Positions 11,392 through 23,530 of a DNA stretch of 64,000 nucleotides are shown piece after piece (within the stretch, counting starts at the first letter, position 1; each line of letters opens with the position of its first letter). This DNA is from Octopus bimaculoides (lineage: Eukaryota), in contig NC_068982.1 of the NCBI RefSeq assembly GCF_001194135.2, positions 164,606,313 to 164,670,312 of the forward strand. Direction: 5' to 3'. The notes below the pieces were generated by a model. It was not told the origin of the DNA. It was given only the letters and a program-made list of their open reading frames with translations, and did no database searches. Both the position numbers and the translations under genes were made by a program.

Positions 11392-14067
11392 GTAAGAAGT
11401 GTATATAAAGTATTATATCTAATTCTATGTGAGATTATATATATAGCGTTTAGCCCTGTAGAAGTCTAGATCTAAATACCATACATTAATTAATTTCGGT
11501 CTTGAATTTAAAGTACAACTGTATCTCCTATTATTTCAACCTACCATATCATACTATCTTTGATCTTGTGTCTGTGCTAATATAATAACTACTATACTAA
11601 AATATATGCTATAATCAATTATTGAAAAATCTGAAATTCGTGATGTGTATAGACAGGAAAGCAGTTTTGATTTTTCGTTGCTTGAAGTTCAATATTTGAC
11701 CGTTTAAATCTCATGAGCGTCTCTGCCGACAAATACTTTATCATTATAGTATAGCGAGCATAAACAAGCTTGGGTATCATCACGGAAATTTTATTTCGCA
11801 CCATGGTTTGTCCTCGAGTGTTGTAGTAAGAAGTTAGTCAGAGGTGGTTATGATAATAATTATTTGAAATGCACTAGCATTTCAGATTTCCATTCAAATA
11901 ATTGTAGAGTGGTTGGGACTCAAACATAACAATCTAATAGAACAGTCTCTAAATTTGTTTTCATCCACTTTAATGCACCTATATTTTCTACAGTATATAA
12001 CTTTGTAACAATTTGTGTCATGAAATAGGAGGAAAATTCTGTCAATTCGAGTCTGTAAAAGCATAAAATTTTGCTTTTAAGTAATTTCACCTAGGAATGC
12101 CGTGAACGCATACAATAGCCCATTCCAGAATTTCATAAAATAAAGGCACTCCATATTTGGGGAGGAAAGAAATAGCACCGGTATTATAATATTTGGAAGA
12201 CCTGGTTGCAAGTGTAACTTCCTTTTACTGATCATGTTTGTTGGAAACTTGTAAATCTTACATTTTAATTACATGATCATATGTTTTGTATAAAAAGAAA
12301 TCAATAATATTTAGCTTTTTCGTTTCTTATCATGAGTTCATCAGAGATTACTTGGCTTTAGTATAATTTTTGATCATGTCTAAATCTGAAAACAGAAATT
12401 TTTTTTCGAAATGAGTAATGATACTTTATTCGAAATTGATTCAAAATTCAATATATGATATATCTAGGAATATTTTATAAATTAGCTGTAATAAAATATT
12501 GTTATCATTAATATATTACACTCGAATAAAATCTAGACTTGTTTAAATATGATTAATAGCGTTTATTAATATTGATTGCTAGTGTGGGCATCAGGCCTTA
12601 AGAATGCTTATTAATGTTAATTTTAAATTGTCACAGTTGGAGAGAGGCCATATTCTCTTCTAGCCCAACACACTAAAGATATATTAAAACGTATAAGAAA
12701 TACAAGTAGAAATGGAATGGAGTTCATGGTAGTGTAGGGGGCAATGATGTTGCGAGGAGTATGAAGGTAAGGCTGTTGATAATAATTGGAATGTAACCAA
12801 TGCTAGCTTAACGCAATAAAGTTACATCCGTTTTATATAATTTAATAATACTCAGATATTGGAATCATTAATTTCATTAATCATATTAGATTTACGACCT
12901 AACTAGTTGTTAATTCAATAATATTCTGTTATTTAATTTCATTGATATGTTTTTCCTCAATTTAATGTTATTTACCTCGTATTAAATCTATTAATATTAT
13001 TGAATTAGAAATATATTTTATATTTTAATACAAAATCTAAATATTCCTACAGCCATTATGTCTTCTCGTGTTGAAGAAAAAAAAAAGGAGAAAAAGGAGA
13101 TATAAGGTTGTATTTCAACACCGGTAACTTATGAAGCTCTGTTCTGAGAAGTAGTTATCAGTCGCTATCACAAGATCTAACCGGATAATTCTCCGTTTAA
13201 AAGAATGACTTATTAATCTCTAACATAACATTAACGATTTTTGAATCACTACCAGTAACTCCTGATTTTCCAAAACCCATAATGTTAAACAAACAAAAAA
13301 CAAATTATAGGCAGTTTCATTTCAGGATTTTACTATTTGTGAGCTGATCAGTCCGAGAAACAATTGTGCGCTAAACTAAATATTCTTCTTTACGGGGTTT
13401 TGGCATATTCGAACTGGTAATAATATTGTAAATATTTTTCTGTATTTAGCTAATTCTCCTTAATGTTCCGGACGAAAATCTCCTTCGTACTTGAGCCATT
13501 GAAATATGCACTAATAAGATTAAAGAGAGTATTAAATCAATTATTATGCGCCCCTCCTGTTTTAGGTAATCTCTAATTAAATATAAAAACCGTTTCGAGA
13601 ATAAACTCAGAGAAGACATCTGTGTGAAAGACAACAGCTAAGTTCGTGTTAGCATATGTAATGACGGCCACATTAGAATTTTAACTAGATTAGAATAAAA
13701 AAATACCATTCAGTGAGTAATAACTTAATCACTTTTGGCAAAGGAGAAAATTATGGATGTATTTTTGTATTTTTATGACCTCTAGTTACCCTCAATAAAA
13801 CATAAATAAGAATTACCGTATTTTTGAGATGAATTAGGCTAGATTGCATAAATAAATGAAGGCAGGTGCAAACTAGCCAGTGGAGAAAATTCCAATTATG
13901 TCGAGAGTTAGTAACATAGAGAATCTTTTCAGATAAAAGATAATAAAAATTTTTATCCAAGGAAAACAATAATCTTGGAATATTGTAAAGGTAGATTATT
14001 ATTTTTACTCGTATTTCGGTTTGGAGAATAAGTACCCAAAACCTCTGAAGGCCAAATTAAGTGCCAA

Positions 14068-14432
14068 TAAATCTTTTTTTATCTCTTACTTGTTTCAGTC
14101 ATTGGACTGCGGCCATTTTGAGGCACTGCCCCTGAAGAATTTTAGCCTGGTACTTATTAACAGAAATGTTTTCAATAAATATTGGTTTCAAAGTTTGGCA
14201 GAAGGCCAGGAAATTCGGTGAAGTGGATAAGTCGATTACATGCATCCCAGTACTCAACTGGTACTTATTTTATCGACCGTGAAAGGATGAAAGGCAAGCA
14301 AACTCAGTGAAGTGGATAGGACGATTACATGGATCCCAGTACTCAGCTGATGCTTATTTTATCGACCTTGAAAGGATGAAAGGCAAAATCGATCTCAGCG
14401 GAATTTGAACTCAGAACCTAAAGATAGACGAA
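14068..14432 (-). mobile_element. Composite SINE remnant with an internal 89-bp tandem duplication
   Basis: 14218-14306 and 14307-14397 are near-identical units (gtgaagtggata.g.cgattacatg.atcccagtactca.ctg.t.cttattttatcgacc.tgaaaggatgaaaggcaa). 14068-14160 resembles the 3' tail of the CORE-type family; 14398-14432 resembles the B-box region of the 1135 family. Confidence 0.8.
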
Positions 14433-14779
14433 ATACTGCTGCTGAATTGTTAATGTATTTTGATGAGCTAATGAGGTTAGTGTTAGTAACAATGTCAAAT
14501 GCCATACAAAAGTCCCGTGAGCCAAACTCACAACTTGTTCTCGGTTGTAGTTGGACTAAAATATGATTATTATATTTCACATTCCTTTCTTTTTATAATT
14601 GTTTTGTTTTGGATTCTAGTAAATATATATAGATCTTATGGTATCATTATCAATTCCATTATCACTACCCATTTCTTAGGGAAATCAGCAGGTTTTTATG
14701 GTGTCCATATTAGCTATATCTAGAGAAGAGAAATTGAATAATTTGATTAATTTTTATACGGTAACATGAATAGCTTCCT

Positions 14780-15470
14780 TTCACTTTTTATCGTCAGTTG
14801 TATTTCACCGAAGACTTACTATTATGTTCACATTGACACTTATGAAGCATTTACAAGGATTTATGAGATAAAAATTGAACTTTAACGAACTTAGGGAGAA
14901 AATACAGAGCTGAAGAAGCGAATAGTAGTTCGTTGATGTACACGCACTGTTGAACAAATACATAGTAATACTAAGAGCAAATACATAGTAATACTGTAAG
15001 AATGGAACTGAAGTTTCTGAGAAAGACATCATTTGAAAATGCCAAAAGTATCTATGAAATATATTAAACAATGCCAGTTCATACCACATCCGAAGAATAT
15101 TGAAAATCTGCTACCTGAAGGTCAGATAGAATAATATATTAAATAATATATCAAGTACTGTATTATAATAATATCCAAATCTACTTCAAATGAAACTGCA
15201 TTAAAATCATCAACTTCTTTATCAGCATGGTCGTTTCAGCTGTCCTTAACGGTAGATATAAATGCTTTGTCAGATGTCTACAAGAAGTCATTGAAGAATT
15301 TTAACTTTTCTTCCGTGATAATAAATCGTTGCAGCACTCAGCATTGAATACAGTCTTCTGATTTTCGTAATTCTTATTATTGCTATGTTATTGCCTTATA
15401 TTTGAAACTTTAAGAATTATTTTCCAGAAATGTATGGCTTCTACCATCCTGTGCATATTACATCCCGCAT
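14780..15470 (-). mobile_element. Possible very old hAT-type transposase remnant
   Basis: Minus-strand translation has GCNMHRMVEAIHFWK (resembling the hAT C..HRL.LA motif) and further coding-like fragments with many stops. Weak. Confidence 0.2.
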
Positions 15471-15491
15471 GTGAGCACGAAGCCTCCAACA

Positions 15492-15495
<4 letters not shown>

Positions 15496-15523
<28 letters not shown>

Positions 15524-15680
15524 CTTCTTCTTCTTCTTCTTCTTCTTCTCCTCCTCCTCCTCCTTCTCCTTCTTCTTCTTCTTCTTCTTCTTCTTCTTCT
15601 TCTTCTTCTTCTTCTTCTTCTTCTTCTTCTTCTTCTTCTTCTTCTTCTTCTTCTTCTTCTTCTCCTTCTTCTTCATCGTC
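15496..15680. repeat. (CTT)n trinucleotide microsatellite with a (CTC)n interruption
   Basis: Directly visible; it produces the poly-L/F/K/E ORFs. Confidence 0.95.
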
Positions 15681-16242
15681 GTCATTGTTGTTAGGTATTT
15701 CTTCCCCTCTTCTCCATATACCATCTTCTGTCTGCTATTCTAAGTCAATCTTACAATGATTACTCACAGTACATATATTGGTATCTTGTACAACGTATCC
15801 GACTATTTACATTGCATTGTCTTTGTTACATTCTGCCTTCACAATAACTCTATAACCCGAAATAATGTGATATGTCTTTTTTTTTATTAAAGCTTTTTGA
15901 AGATTCTGGCATCGCTATGTTTATATAAGGCGTCCCAATTAGGACTTTAGCCCAGGGTATTTGCTTTTATATTGGTTAACTTCCTTTTGCAGAACACTGA
16001 CCAGAATGATTTATTTTGTTATTTCTTTTCTCAAGATATTTTTTAGTTCCGAATTGAAACCACCATTTATTTTCGAACATAGCTATGCTTGTGCTCATTT
16101 ACCTATCGTCCTTACTGTAATTAGCTTCTGGGTACTTATTAATTGATTCCATATATATGTAGCGAGGTGGCTAAATACTTATGTCGATACTTTGTTCTGG
16201 CGTTGTCTACCATGATGTTGATGATTATAATGATGATGATGC

Positions 16243-16375
16243 CCCTCCTCCTCCTCCTCCTCCTCCTCCTCATCATCATCATCATCATCATCATCATCGT
16301 CATCGTCGTCATCATCATCATCATCATCATCATCATCTTCATCATCCTTATCATCATCAACATCATCAACATCGT
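16243..16375. repeat. (CTC)n(CAT)n compound microsatellite
   Basis: Directly visible; it produces the poly-P/H/I/M ORFs. Confidence 0.95.
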
Positions 16376-17720
16376 CATATTCTCCTCTTCTTTTTCCTTA
16401 TATTTTTTCTATTATTATATTTGATTCTTGCAGTGTGTAGATGCATTTTTGATTCTCTCCTTGGAACAGGAATTACGGAAGCATTAACAAATCGAATTTT
16501 ATTCATTGAAGTCTTTATATACAAAAATATATCTTCTAAAGTAAGGGCTACTCTCGATGCTCGAGTAGACAACAAAAAAGTTTACTTACACAGAATACAT
16601 TTCACGTCCAAAATTCTCACTGCATAATTATACTGCACGACAAAGCGCCACAATGTTCAAAGGCACAACACAAAATTACAGTACACAAGTAAAGGTACAA
16701 GAAAAGGAAGAAATTGAACACTTTAATGAAAATGTAATAAAAGAAGATGTTCTAAATATTCACATTGGTAATTTAGAATACATTGATAGTAACAAAAATA
16801 ACAACACCTACACAGGCTTCAATCCTTCGGTCTGGTCACATAGCAACCGAATGAAAACAAACCTCCCATGAATGCAAAATGAATAGATAGAAATTTTGGA
16901 CCAATCACAGTTCAAGAAAAAAAAAGAGGAAAAGAAAAAAAGAAATTAGACGGGAAAATTTTGTAAATTCCAGGAGAATTTATTTATTACGGAAGATAAT
17001 CTAGAAGAGGAAGAGAAAGATTATGCTTTATTTCTACTAACGAAAACATGGAAACATTATAAGTTTTCCATCGCATTATGGAGTATCGAGAGAAAGTATC
17101 ACGATTGGAAAAGAAAAATACGATAACACCATTTAAAATGCGTACTTTTAAAAATGATAGCACCATTTAAAGGTGTCTCTTTAAGAATGAAAATGCAGAC
17201 GAAACAGGTCAAAATGATCAAATACAGATACTTATATATATACATATAAATGTATGAATATACATATATGTATGTGGGTTATATAAATATATACANNNNN
17301 NNNNNNNNNNNNNNNNNNNNNNNNNNNNNNNNNNNNNNNNNNNNNNNNNNNNNNNATATATAATATAATATAATATAATATTAGGATAAAGACTTTATAA
17401 GAATTTATCAAGTAGTTAGCATAATAAGGAAAAAGCCATAATTTTTTTTCTCCATAAATATATATAATTTAATTTATATAAGGGCATTACTATACAATAA
17501 TGCCTCACGCTTAGAGGGACTTCATAAGTCAAAACTACCAAAATAAGCACATTTTTACCGATCGCGAGGGAATGCAACTTTCAAAGGTAACCTCCTAAAA
17601 ACTTTTAACTTAACGGTAAACCAATGGTTTCATAATTAATGCAGTAATCTGCATATTTTATTCATCAGTACACGTATGGTAACGGTAGAATCGTTCGGGC
17701 GTCGGAAAAATGTTTTGTGC

Positions 17721-17722
<2 letters not shown>

Positions 17723-17787
<65 letters not shown>
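17723..17787. repeat. (ATT)n microsatellite
   Basis: Directly visible. Confidence 0.95.
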
Positions 17788-18447
17788 TATTTCCTGGGTT
17801 CATTTATATCAAAATCTATTTTGCATTTAATCTTTTTGCAGCTGGTAAAATATAGTATCCGGGTCAATGTTACAGACTAAACCCTTCCCTTAAAATTTTA
17901 GGACTGGTGCATATTAGAAACCCCAATGATCTTTGCTTAATTTTCTTCTGGTGCCTCGTACCACTCTCGAGTATTGTCGGCGATGTTTTCCAATATTTTC
18001 ATTTGATGTCTAAAGCCTAATTACGCAAATTAGTATACATTAGGGTAAATTAAACTCATAAACAATTTCATGGCTACTGGAATTGTTGATTTATTTTTTT
18101 CAGAATGGCATATGTGAATGTTCGTAGATGGCCGGTAAAATCTATTCATGTTTTTGCTTTACAACACATTATGTTTGAAGTTTAAATCCCCACTGTATCA
18201 ATTTTGACCTTTTGTTATGATCAAACAAAGCCTCCTTCGATTATTAATCAACATAAAAGTAAACCCTACATTAGTTGCTTTCTGACAATTTCATAAGTCG
18301 ATATTAATTGTATTTATCTACTATTATTTTGCATAATGGATGGAAGAAATTAGCAGAGTGATAAACTACGTACTTAATAGCACTTGTTAACCTAACTTCT
18401 CATTCTTAGAGACCGATTGTTAGTTATATTTCTGGTGTCAGTTGTGG

Positions 18448-18570
18448 GATACCTACCTACCTACCTACCTACCTACCTACCTACCTACCTACCTACCACC
18501 TACCTACCTACCTACCTACCTACCTACCTACCTACCTACCAGCCTACCTATCTATCTATTTATCTATCTC
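18448..18570. repeat. (CCTA)n / (TATC)n tetranucleotide microsatellite
   Basis: Directly visible. Confidence 0.95.
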
Positions 18571-18659
18571 TCTATATATGAGGGTTGGGTGGTTGGGTGG
18601 TTGGGCGTATGTTTGTGTAGTGTGTGTGAGTGTGTATGCGTGTGTTTGTAGTCTCCATA

Positions 18660-18830
18660 AGAGGAAATGTAAACACAAGTAGCTGAATCCTGCTACCACA
18701 TACATAAGCTTCCATTAGCAACACTCTGGTACCATGGCTTGGCCACAGTTTGCAGCAGCTTCACATAGTCATCTCAATTGAGCCAAAGGCCCTCTTCAAA
18801 GATGTGGGGATAAATCTCAATGTGTGTATT
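18660..18830 (-). mobile_element. Tc1/mariner transposase remnant (catalytic-domain segment)
   Basis: Minus-strand translation PHIFEEGLWLN*DDYVKLLQTVAKPWYQSVANGSLCMW*QDSA resembles the mariner/Tc1 pattern PHIF..GL.LN...Y..LL..V.KPW....A.GRPYVWQQDSAP.H. Confidence 0.7.
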
Positions 18831-19094
18831 CAGCCAGAATAAATTCTATATCTCTTCCTGCTAGCTACAGCTTCGTAGTCTCCGTTGCAGCTGTCCATGT
18901 AACAACTTACTGCATTTACAGTGTTACCAACACTCTGAGCAACATTCATGAAGACGGCATTTTGTTACATGTCACAAATCATAATGAGAAAGTTATCAAA
19001 TACAATTAAACCTTGGGAGAGGCATTATGCCGGTAATAAACACACGCACTGGTTCAGTCCTTTATTAATTTATATAGTTTTTTGTTAAATTATT

Positions 19095-19345
19095 TCATTG
19101 CACTCTTGCAATCTCTTCAGTAACTTGTCTCTCCACTTCCATAATGCCTCTCCCAAGGTTTAATTGTATTTCTTTCAACACACGTATCCACATCAAGAAT
19201 CTTGCACACGAAATACACATACGAAAGTTATCAAAGTTTTTCCAGTATTCAGATGGCTTACATTCCTCCATGTTACATAAGTTTCTCTCAACTACAAATA
19301 TGATGTCCAGTGCTGTACACTGTTCACGAATACATGAATTTCTTT
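19095..19345 (-). CDS. Candidate terminal coding exon of an unidentified Cys-rich protein
   Basis: Branch-like ttgac plus polypyrimidine tract (ctttgtttccttttttAG, AG at 19347-19346), then 82 open codons (RNSCIREQCTALDIIFVVERNLCNMEECKPSEYWKNFDNFRMCISCARFLMWIRVLKEIQLNLGRGIMEVERQVTEEIARVQ), TGA, and AATAAA ~27 nt downstream. Normal amino-acid composition; no TE motif recognised. Confidence 0.45.
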
Positions 19346-19574
19346 CTAAAAAAGGAAACAAAGTTCGTCAAATGTAAGCCAAATACCCTTGTATATATAT
19401 ATATACAGACACACGCATATATACATATATATACGCACGCACACACACATGCGCGAGCACACACTCACACACATGCACAGATATATATATATATATATAT
19501 NNNNNNNNNNAATAAAAGATTTATTTCTCAAAGTTCGAAAAGATTCATAGGGTTGTAGATTTTCTAACTTATTT

Positions 19575-19830
19575 CACAAAGCTTCACAAATGTTCAATAG
19601 GCACACTCCTTGTGATAAGACACACGGTAGTGCAGCTCCGGCCAAACAAGCTGTACCATGTCTTGCGAAACATTCTCCGGCACATAAGTGAATTTTTGCT
19701 TGATTTCCTCTCGGCTTGTAGGAATAGGGGAGATATAGACTAGTCCTATCCCTTCGTCTCTTAGAAACCCCTTCCCCACAAACTGTGAAGTCAGGCGAAC
19801 GTAATGGCAATTTCAACAGAACAACGTCAT
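19575..19830 (-). mobile_element. Tc1/mariner transposase C-terminal remnant
   Basis: LPLRSPDFTVC (cf. WPPRSPDLTPCDF) followed, after a frameshift, by LVYISPIPTSREEIKQKFTYVPENVSQDMVQLVWPELHYR (cf. VY.PP.P.SL.ELK.RIT.A...VT.DML.RVW.EL.YR). Confidence 0.8.
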
Positions 19831-19868
19831 TACCACTGGCATCCGATCCAAACTTTTTAAATATTTCG

Positions 19869-20290
19869 TTAAAATTTGAGACCACTTGAACCTGAATTGG
19901 CTATGTTATTAGACGGCAAAATGTCTCTTCTAACATTTGTTAATCTGTTTTCATCAAGGTTTGGTCTGCTAGCTGGATTCCGGCTCCTCCAAATTTTGTA
20001 AGAGTTTGCGGTGTGTTTCTCTTGTGTTGGCCTACTTAATGCAAAGTAATAAGTGCATATTACTTCTTTATATACTTCCCGGTTCCATTTAGTTCTTTTA
20101 CATTTTTGATTATGTGGTTGTTGTAGTGGTGAACTTTGGGGGCTTAATTTAGGACAAATCCCGTTTAAGTGACCTTCCAGATTCGTATTCGGCGAAGATA
20201 TTCTGCCACTTGAAAATTTTTCGCTGTTAGGCTGACAGCCTCCTGAAAGGCGCGCTTCCAGAATAACCATTGGACAAGCGATTCGGTGAA
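19869..20290 (-). mobile_element. R4/Dong-clade non-LTR retrotransposon, N-terminal ORF fragment
   Basis: ORF 19869..20270 contains KRTKWNREVYKEVICTYYFAL..P.....YKIWRSRNPASRPNLDENRLTNVRRDI, the N-terminal KW....Y..V...YY / W...NP..R..LD.N.L..VRR.I pattern seen in R4/Dong-type ORFs. Confidence 0.65.
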
Positions 20291-20495
20291 CTGCTTGAAA
20301 TTTTCTTTTCTTTTTAAGTAAAATTAAATTATTATTAAATTTTGATTTAAAAAAAAAATTATTTATTTATTTTATTTTTTATGTATTTTTTAACCACTAA
20401 TCTTCATACAGGGGCCGCATTTACCATCATTAGCAGCAGCACCAGTAGTTGTAGTAGCAGCAGCAATATCACTATCAGCAGCAGCAGCGGCAGTG

Positions 20496-20557
<62 letters not shown>

Positions 20558-20560
<3 letters not shown>

Positions 20561-20760
20561 TAGTTTTATTTTTATAACGTGCTTTCACTTCACTACCGAG
20601 CGCAGCTCTGTGTGCCTTGGGTATGTGCTGTGGTTTGCTGTGGTGCTCTTATGTTTACTGTATTGAAAGTTTTTTGCGTAGAATGTGTGCAGTACCCAGT
20701 AGTGCAATTTTCTGTATGTTATATATATTTGTAAGTCCTGGTGTTTTTGTTATGTATTTT
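20558..20760 (-). mobile_element. 5'-truncated R4/Dong-type element, family A (RLE C-terminus + 3' UTR), bounded by (TAA)n
   Basis: Translates to KYITKTPGLTNIYNIQKIALLGTAHILRKKLSIQ* (stop 20657-20655), the QK.ALLGTA.ILRK.L end of restriction-like endonuclease domains. TAA arrays at 20498-20557 and 20762-20785. Confidence 0.85.
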
Positions 20761-20785
20761 AATTATTATTATTATTATTATTATT

Positions 20786-21085
20786 TTGGTTTAGCTCAGG
20801 TTTGGACTTATTCCTGGTAGGATTTATGTGGATAGGGTATTACTACCTGTAACATTAGGCATCAAAAAGTTTTCTGCTGTCTTTCCAGTAATTGTTACGC
20901 TCCTGATAATCCTGCTGTCACTATGAGACAAACTTTCTGTAGGAGCTCTGCTGGGAATTCTATTCCAATGTCTTTCAGCTATTTATCTACATCTTTGCTT
21001 TCTGTTCTCAAAGCACCAATTATTATAGGTATGACCTTTACCGTTCTTATTTCAAATTTTAAAAGATTGTATTTCTTTGTTTTTG
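20786..21085 (-). mobile_element. 5'-truncated R4/Dong-type element, family B, bounded by (TAA)n
   Basis: KKYNLLKFEIRTVKVIPIIIGALRTESKDVDK*LKDIGIEFPAELLQKVCLIVTAG (KY..LK.EI....V.VIP.I.GALG..., QK..L.GTA RLE motif). Its 3' UTR differs from that of family A. Confidence 0.8.
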
Positions 21086-21209
21086 TTATTATTATTATTG
21101 CTGCTGTTGTTGTTGTTATTATTATTATTGTCATTATTATTATTATTTTTATTATTATTATTGTTATTATTACTATTATCATTATTATTAATATTATTAT
21201 TATTATTAA

Positions 21210-21262
<53 letters not shown>

Positions 21263-21263
<1 letters not shown>

Positions 21264-22285
21264 GTTGTTTTTTTTCTTCTTTCTTCAAATTTTCTTCCAT
21301 TTCTCGCCGAGTGTTTTCCGTACACCTAGGGCAGAGAAACTCGTTGTATGCATTCCCAGTTCACACACGCAAATTCACAGGTAAAACANNNNNNNNNNNN
21401 NNNNNNNNNNNNNNNNNNNNNNNNNNNNNNNNNNNNNNNNNNNNNNNNNNNNNNNNNNNNNNNNNNNNNNNNNNNNNNNNNNNNNNNNNNNNNNNNNNNN
21501 NNNNNNNNNNNNNNNNNNNNNNNNNNNNNNNNNNNNNNNNNNNNNNNNNNNNNNNNNNNNNNNNNNNNNNNNNNNNNNNNNNNNNNNNNNNNNNNNNNNN
21601 NNNNNNNNNNNNNNNNNNNNNNNNNNNNNNNNNNNNNNNNNNNNNNNNNNNNNNNNNNNNNNNNNNNNNNNNNNNNNNNNNNNNNNNNNNNNNNNNNNNN
21701 NNNNNNNNNNNNNNNNNNNNNNNNNNNNNNNNNNNNNNNNNNNNNNNNNNNNNNNNNNNNNNNNNNNNNNNNNNNNNNNNNNNNNNNNNNNNNNNNNNNN
21801 NNNNNNNNNNNNNNNNNNNNNNNNNNNNNNNNNNNNNNNNNNNNNNNNNNNNNNNNNNNNNNNNNNNNNNNNNNNNNNNNNNNNNNNNNNNNNNNNNNNN
21901 NNNNNNNNNNNNNNNNNNNNNNNNNNNNNNNNNNNNNNNNNNNNNNNNNNNNNNNNNNNNNNNNNNNNNNNNNNNNNNNNNNNNNNNNNNNNNNNNNNNN
22001 NNNNNNNNNNNNNNNNNNNNNNNNNNNNNNNNNNNNNNNNNNNNNNNNNNNNNNNNNNNNNNNNNNNNNNNNNNNNNNNNNNNNNNNNNNNNNNNNNNNN
22101 NNNNNNNNNNNNNNNNNNNNNNNNNNNNNNNNNNNNNNNNNNNNNNNNNNNNNNNNNNNNNNNNNNNNNNNNNNNNNNNNNNNNNNNNNNNNNNGGTAAG
22201 CTCCATTTTTTATCACATTGGCTTGGTAGTTCCGGGTTAATAAGCTTTGGTCTTGAGCAGCCAATATGAAACCTTCACTCTCTTC

Positions 22286-22289
<4 letters not shown>
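21263..22289 (-). mobile_element. 5'-truncated R4/Dong-type element, family C, spanning an assembly gap, bounded by (TAA)n
   Basis: The 5' end right after (TAA)n translates KEESEGFILAAQDQSLLTRNYQANVIKNG (ETEG.I.AAQDQ.L.TRNY motif preceding the CCHC finger). The presumed 3' end (...gaaaacactcggcgagaaatggaagaaaatttgaagaaagaagaaaaaaaacaaca-taataat) lies on the other side of gap 21389-22194. Continuity through the gap is inferred. Confidence 0.7.
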
Positions 22290-22351
<62 letters not shown>

Positions 22352-22399
22352 CATTGTTATTATTAAGCCTCACAGAACTTCAGAATTTCCTGACGGCTG

Positions 22400-22750
22400 A
22401 AACGCAGGCAAAGTTATGACTGCAGGTGAGCTGTTGGTAAGTAAACGCTTTACTGATTTTAGATACATGGCTTTGGCATCTGTGATACTGGTAGGCGGTC
22501 ACTGCTCTCAACTCGCTGCAACTTCGTGTAAATGAATACTAACTCGCAAATTCAAGAGAGTCAATGCATGACATAATCGATTTGGCTTTGGAGCCATTCT
22601 GCTGATCGATGTAAACAATATAGTCTCTTTAAAAAAAAAAATTAAATCGGGAATAATAGGACAATTTTCAAAACATAATAGGATGTTCATAATAGACACT
22701 TCAGGCATGGCGGCGTTCAAGTTGTCGGCAAACAAACTCGTCTAAGATGT
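22400..22750 (-). mobile_element. Possible LINE APE-endonuclease remnant
   Basis: SQIDYVM...SSDRLPV pattern (cf. QIDY.L ... SDH..V), heavily disrupted. Confidence 0.3.
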
Positions 22751-23090
22751 GCACTGGGTTCCGAAACTGCCTGAATGCACTCATCCTTTTCCACACTGGC
22801 TTTCACCCTGTTTACTCTCCTCCTCCTCTTGATATTATTATTTTGTATCCATCTTGCGTATTTTTTATGTGATGCAATCTATTTAAGGCGATAACTAATT
22901 CAACGTAATAAAGTACAGTTAGATGAAGAACCATGTATAGTTACGACTGTGCTTAGATAAACGCTCTACGTCATTAATAACACCACCAACAAATTCCCAA
23001 TCGATATACTGAATATCAGTGACTTGGTTGCAATGATCTTTCTGCTACTGGAATAACGAAAGCTCTTTTGGACGCTAACATTCCTTTGAA

Positions 23091-23245
23091 AGGAGTGGTT
23101 GTGTGGTAAGTAGCTTGCTTACCAATCACGTGGTTACGGGTTCAGTCCCACTGCGTGGCACCTTGGGCGAGTGTCTTATACTATAGCCTCAGGCCGACCT
23201 AAGCCTTGTGAGTGGATTTGGTAGACGGAAACTGAAAGAAGCCCA

Positions 23246-23294
<49 letters not shown>

Positions 23295-23530
23295 AGTATG
23301 TGTGTGGTTGTGGTTGTGTATGTGTCTGTCTGTGTTTGTTCCCCCAACATCGCATGACAACAGATGCTGGTGTGTCTACGTCCCCGTAACTTAGCGGTTC
23401 GGCAAAAGAGATAAGTACTAGGCTTACTAAGAATAAGTCCTGGGGTTGATTTGCTCGACTGAAGGCGGTGATTCAGCAGGACCGCAGTCAAAGGATTGAA
23501 ACAAATAAAAGAATAAAAGAATAAAAGAAT
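23091..23530 (+). mobile_element. Full-length CORE-type tRNA-derived SINE with internal (TA)n/(TG)n and a (TAAAAGAA)n tail
   Basis: A-box-like tggttgtgtggtaag, B-box-like gggttcagtccc, CORE-like ggcaccttgggcgagtgtctt, central microsatellite, and a 3' region ending aaacaaataaaagaataaaagaataaaagaat. The CORE-SINE assignment follows the known Octopus OR-type SINEs (knowledge/inference). Confidence 0.85.

Noticed and set aside
14218-14397. CRISPR-like repeat-spacer array (here or anywhere in the window)
   Set aside because: The repeats are tandem duplications of TE sequence without unique equal-length spacers, and the context is eukaryotic with no cas genes.
14805-15089. FQMMSF as a Helitron Rep motif
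   Set aside because: Only a few residues match, and there are no other Rep/helicase motifs nearby.
16653-17200. Lys/Glu/Asn-rich ORF fragments
   Set aside because: Composition follows the A-rich strand bias; no recognisable motif or splice context.
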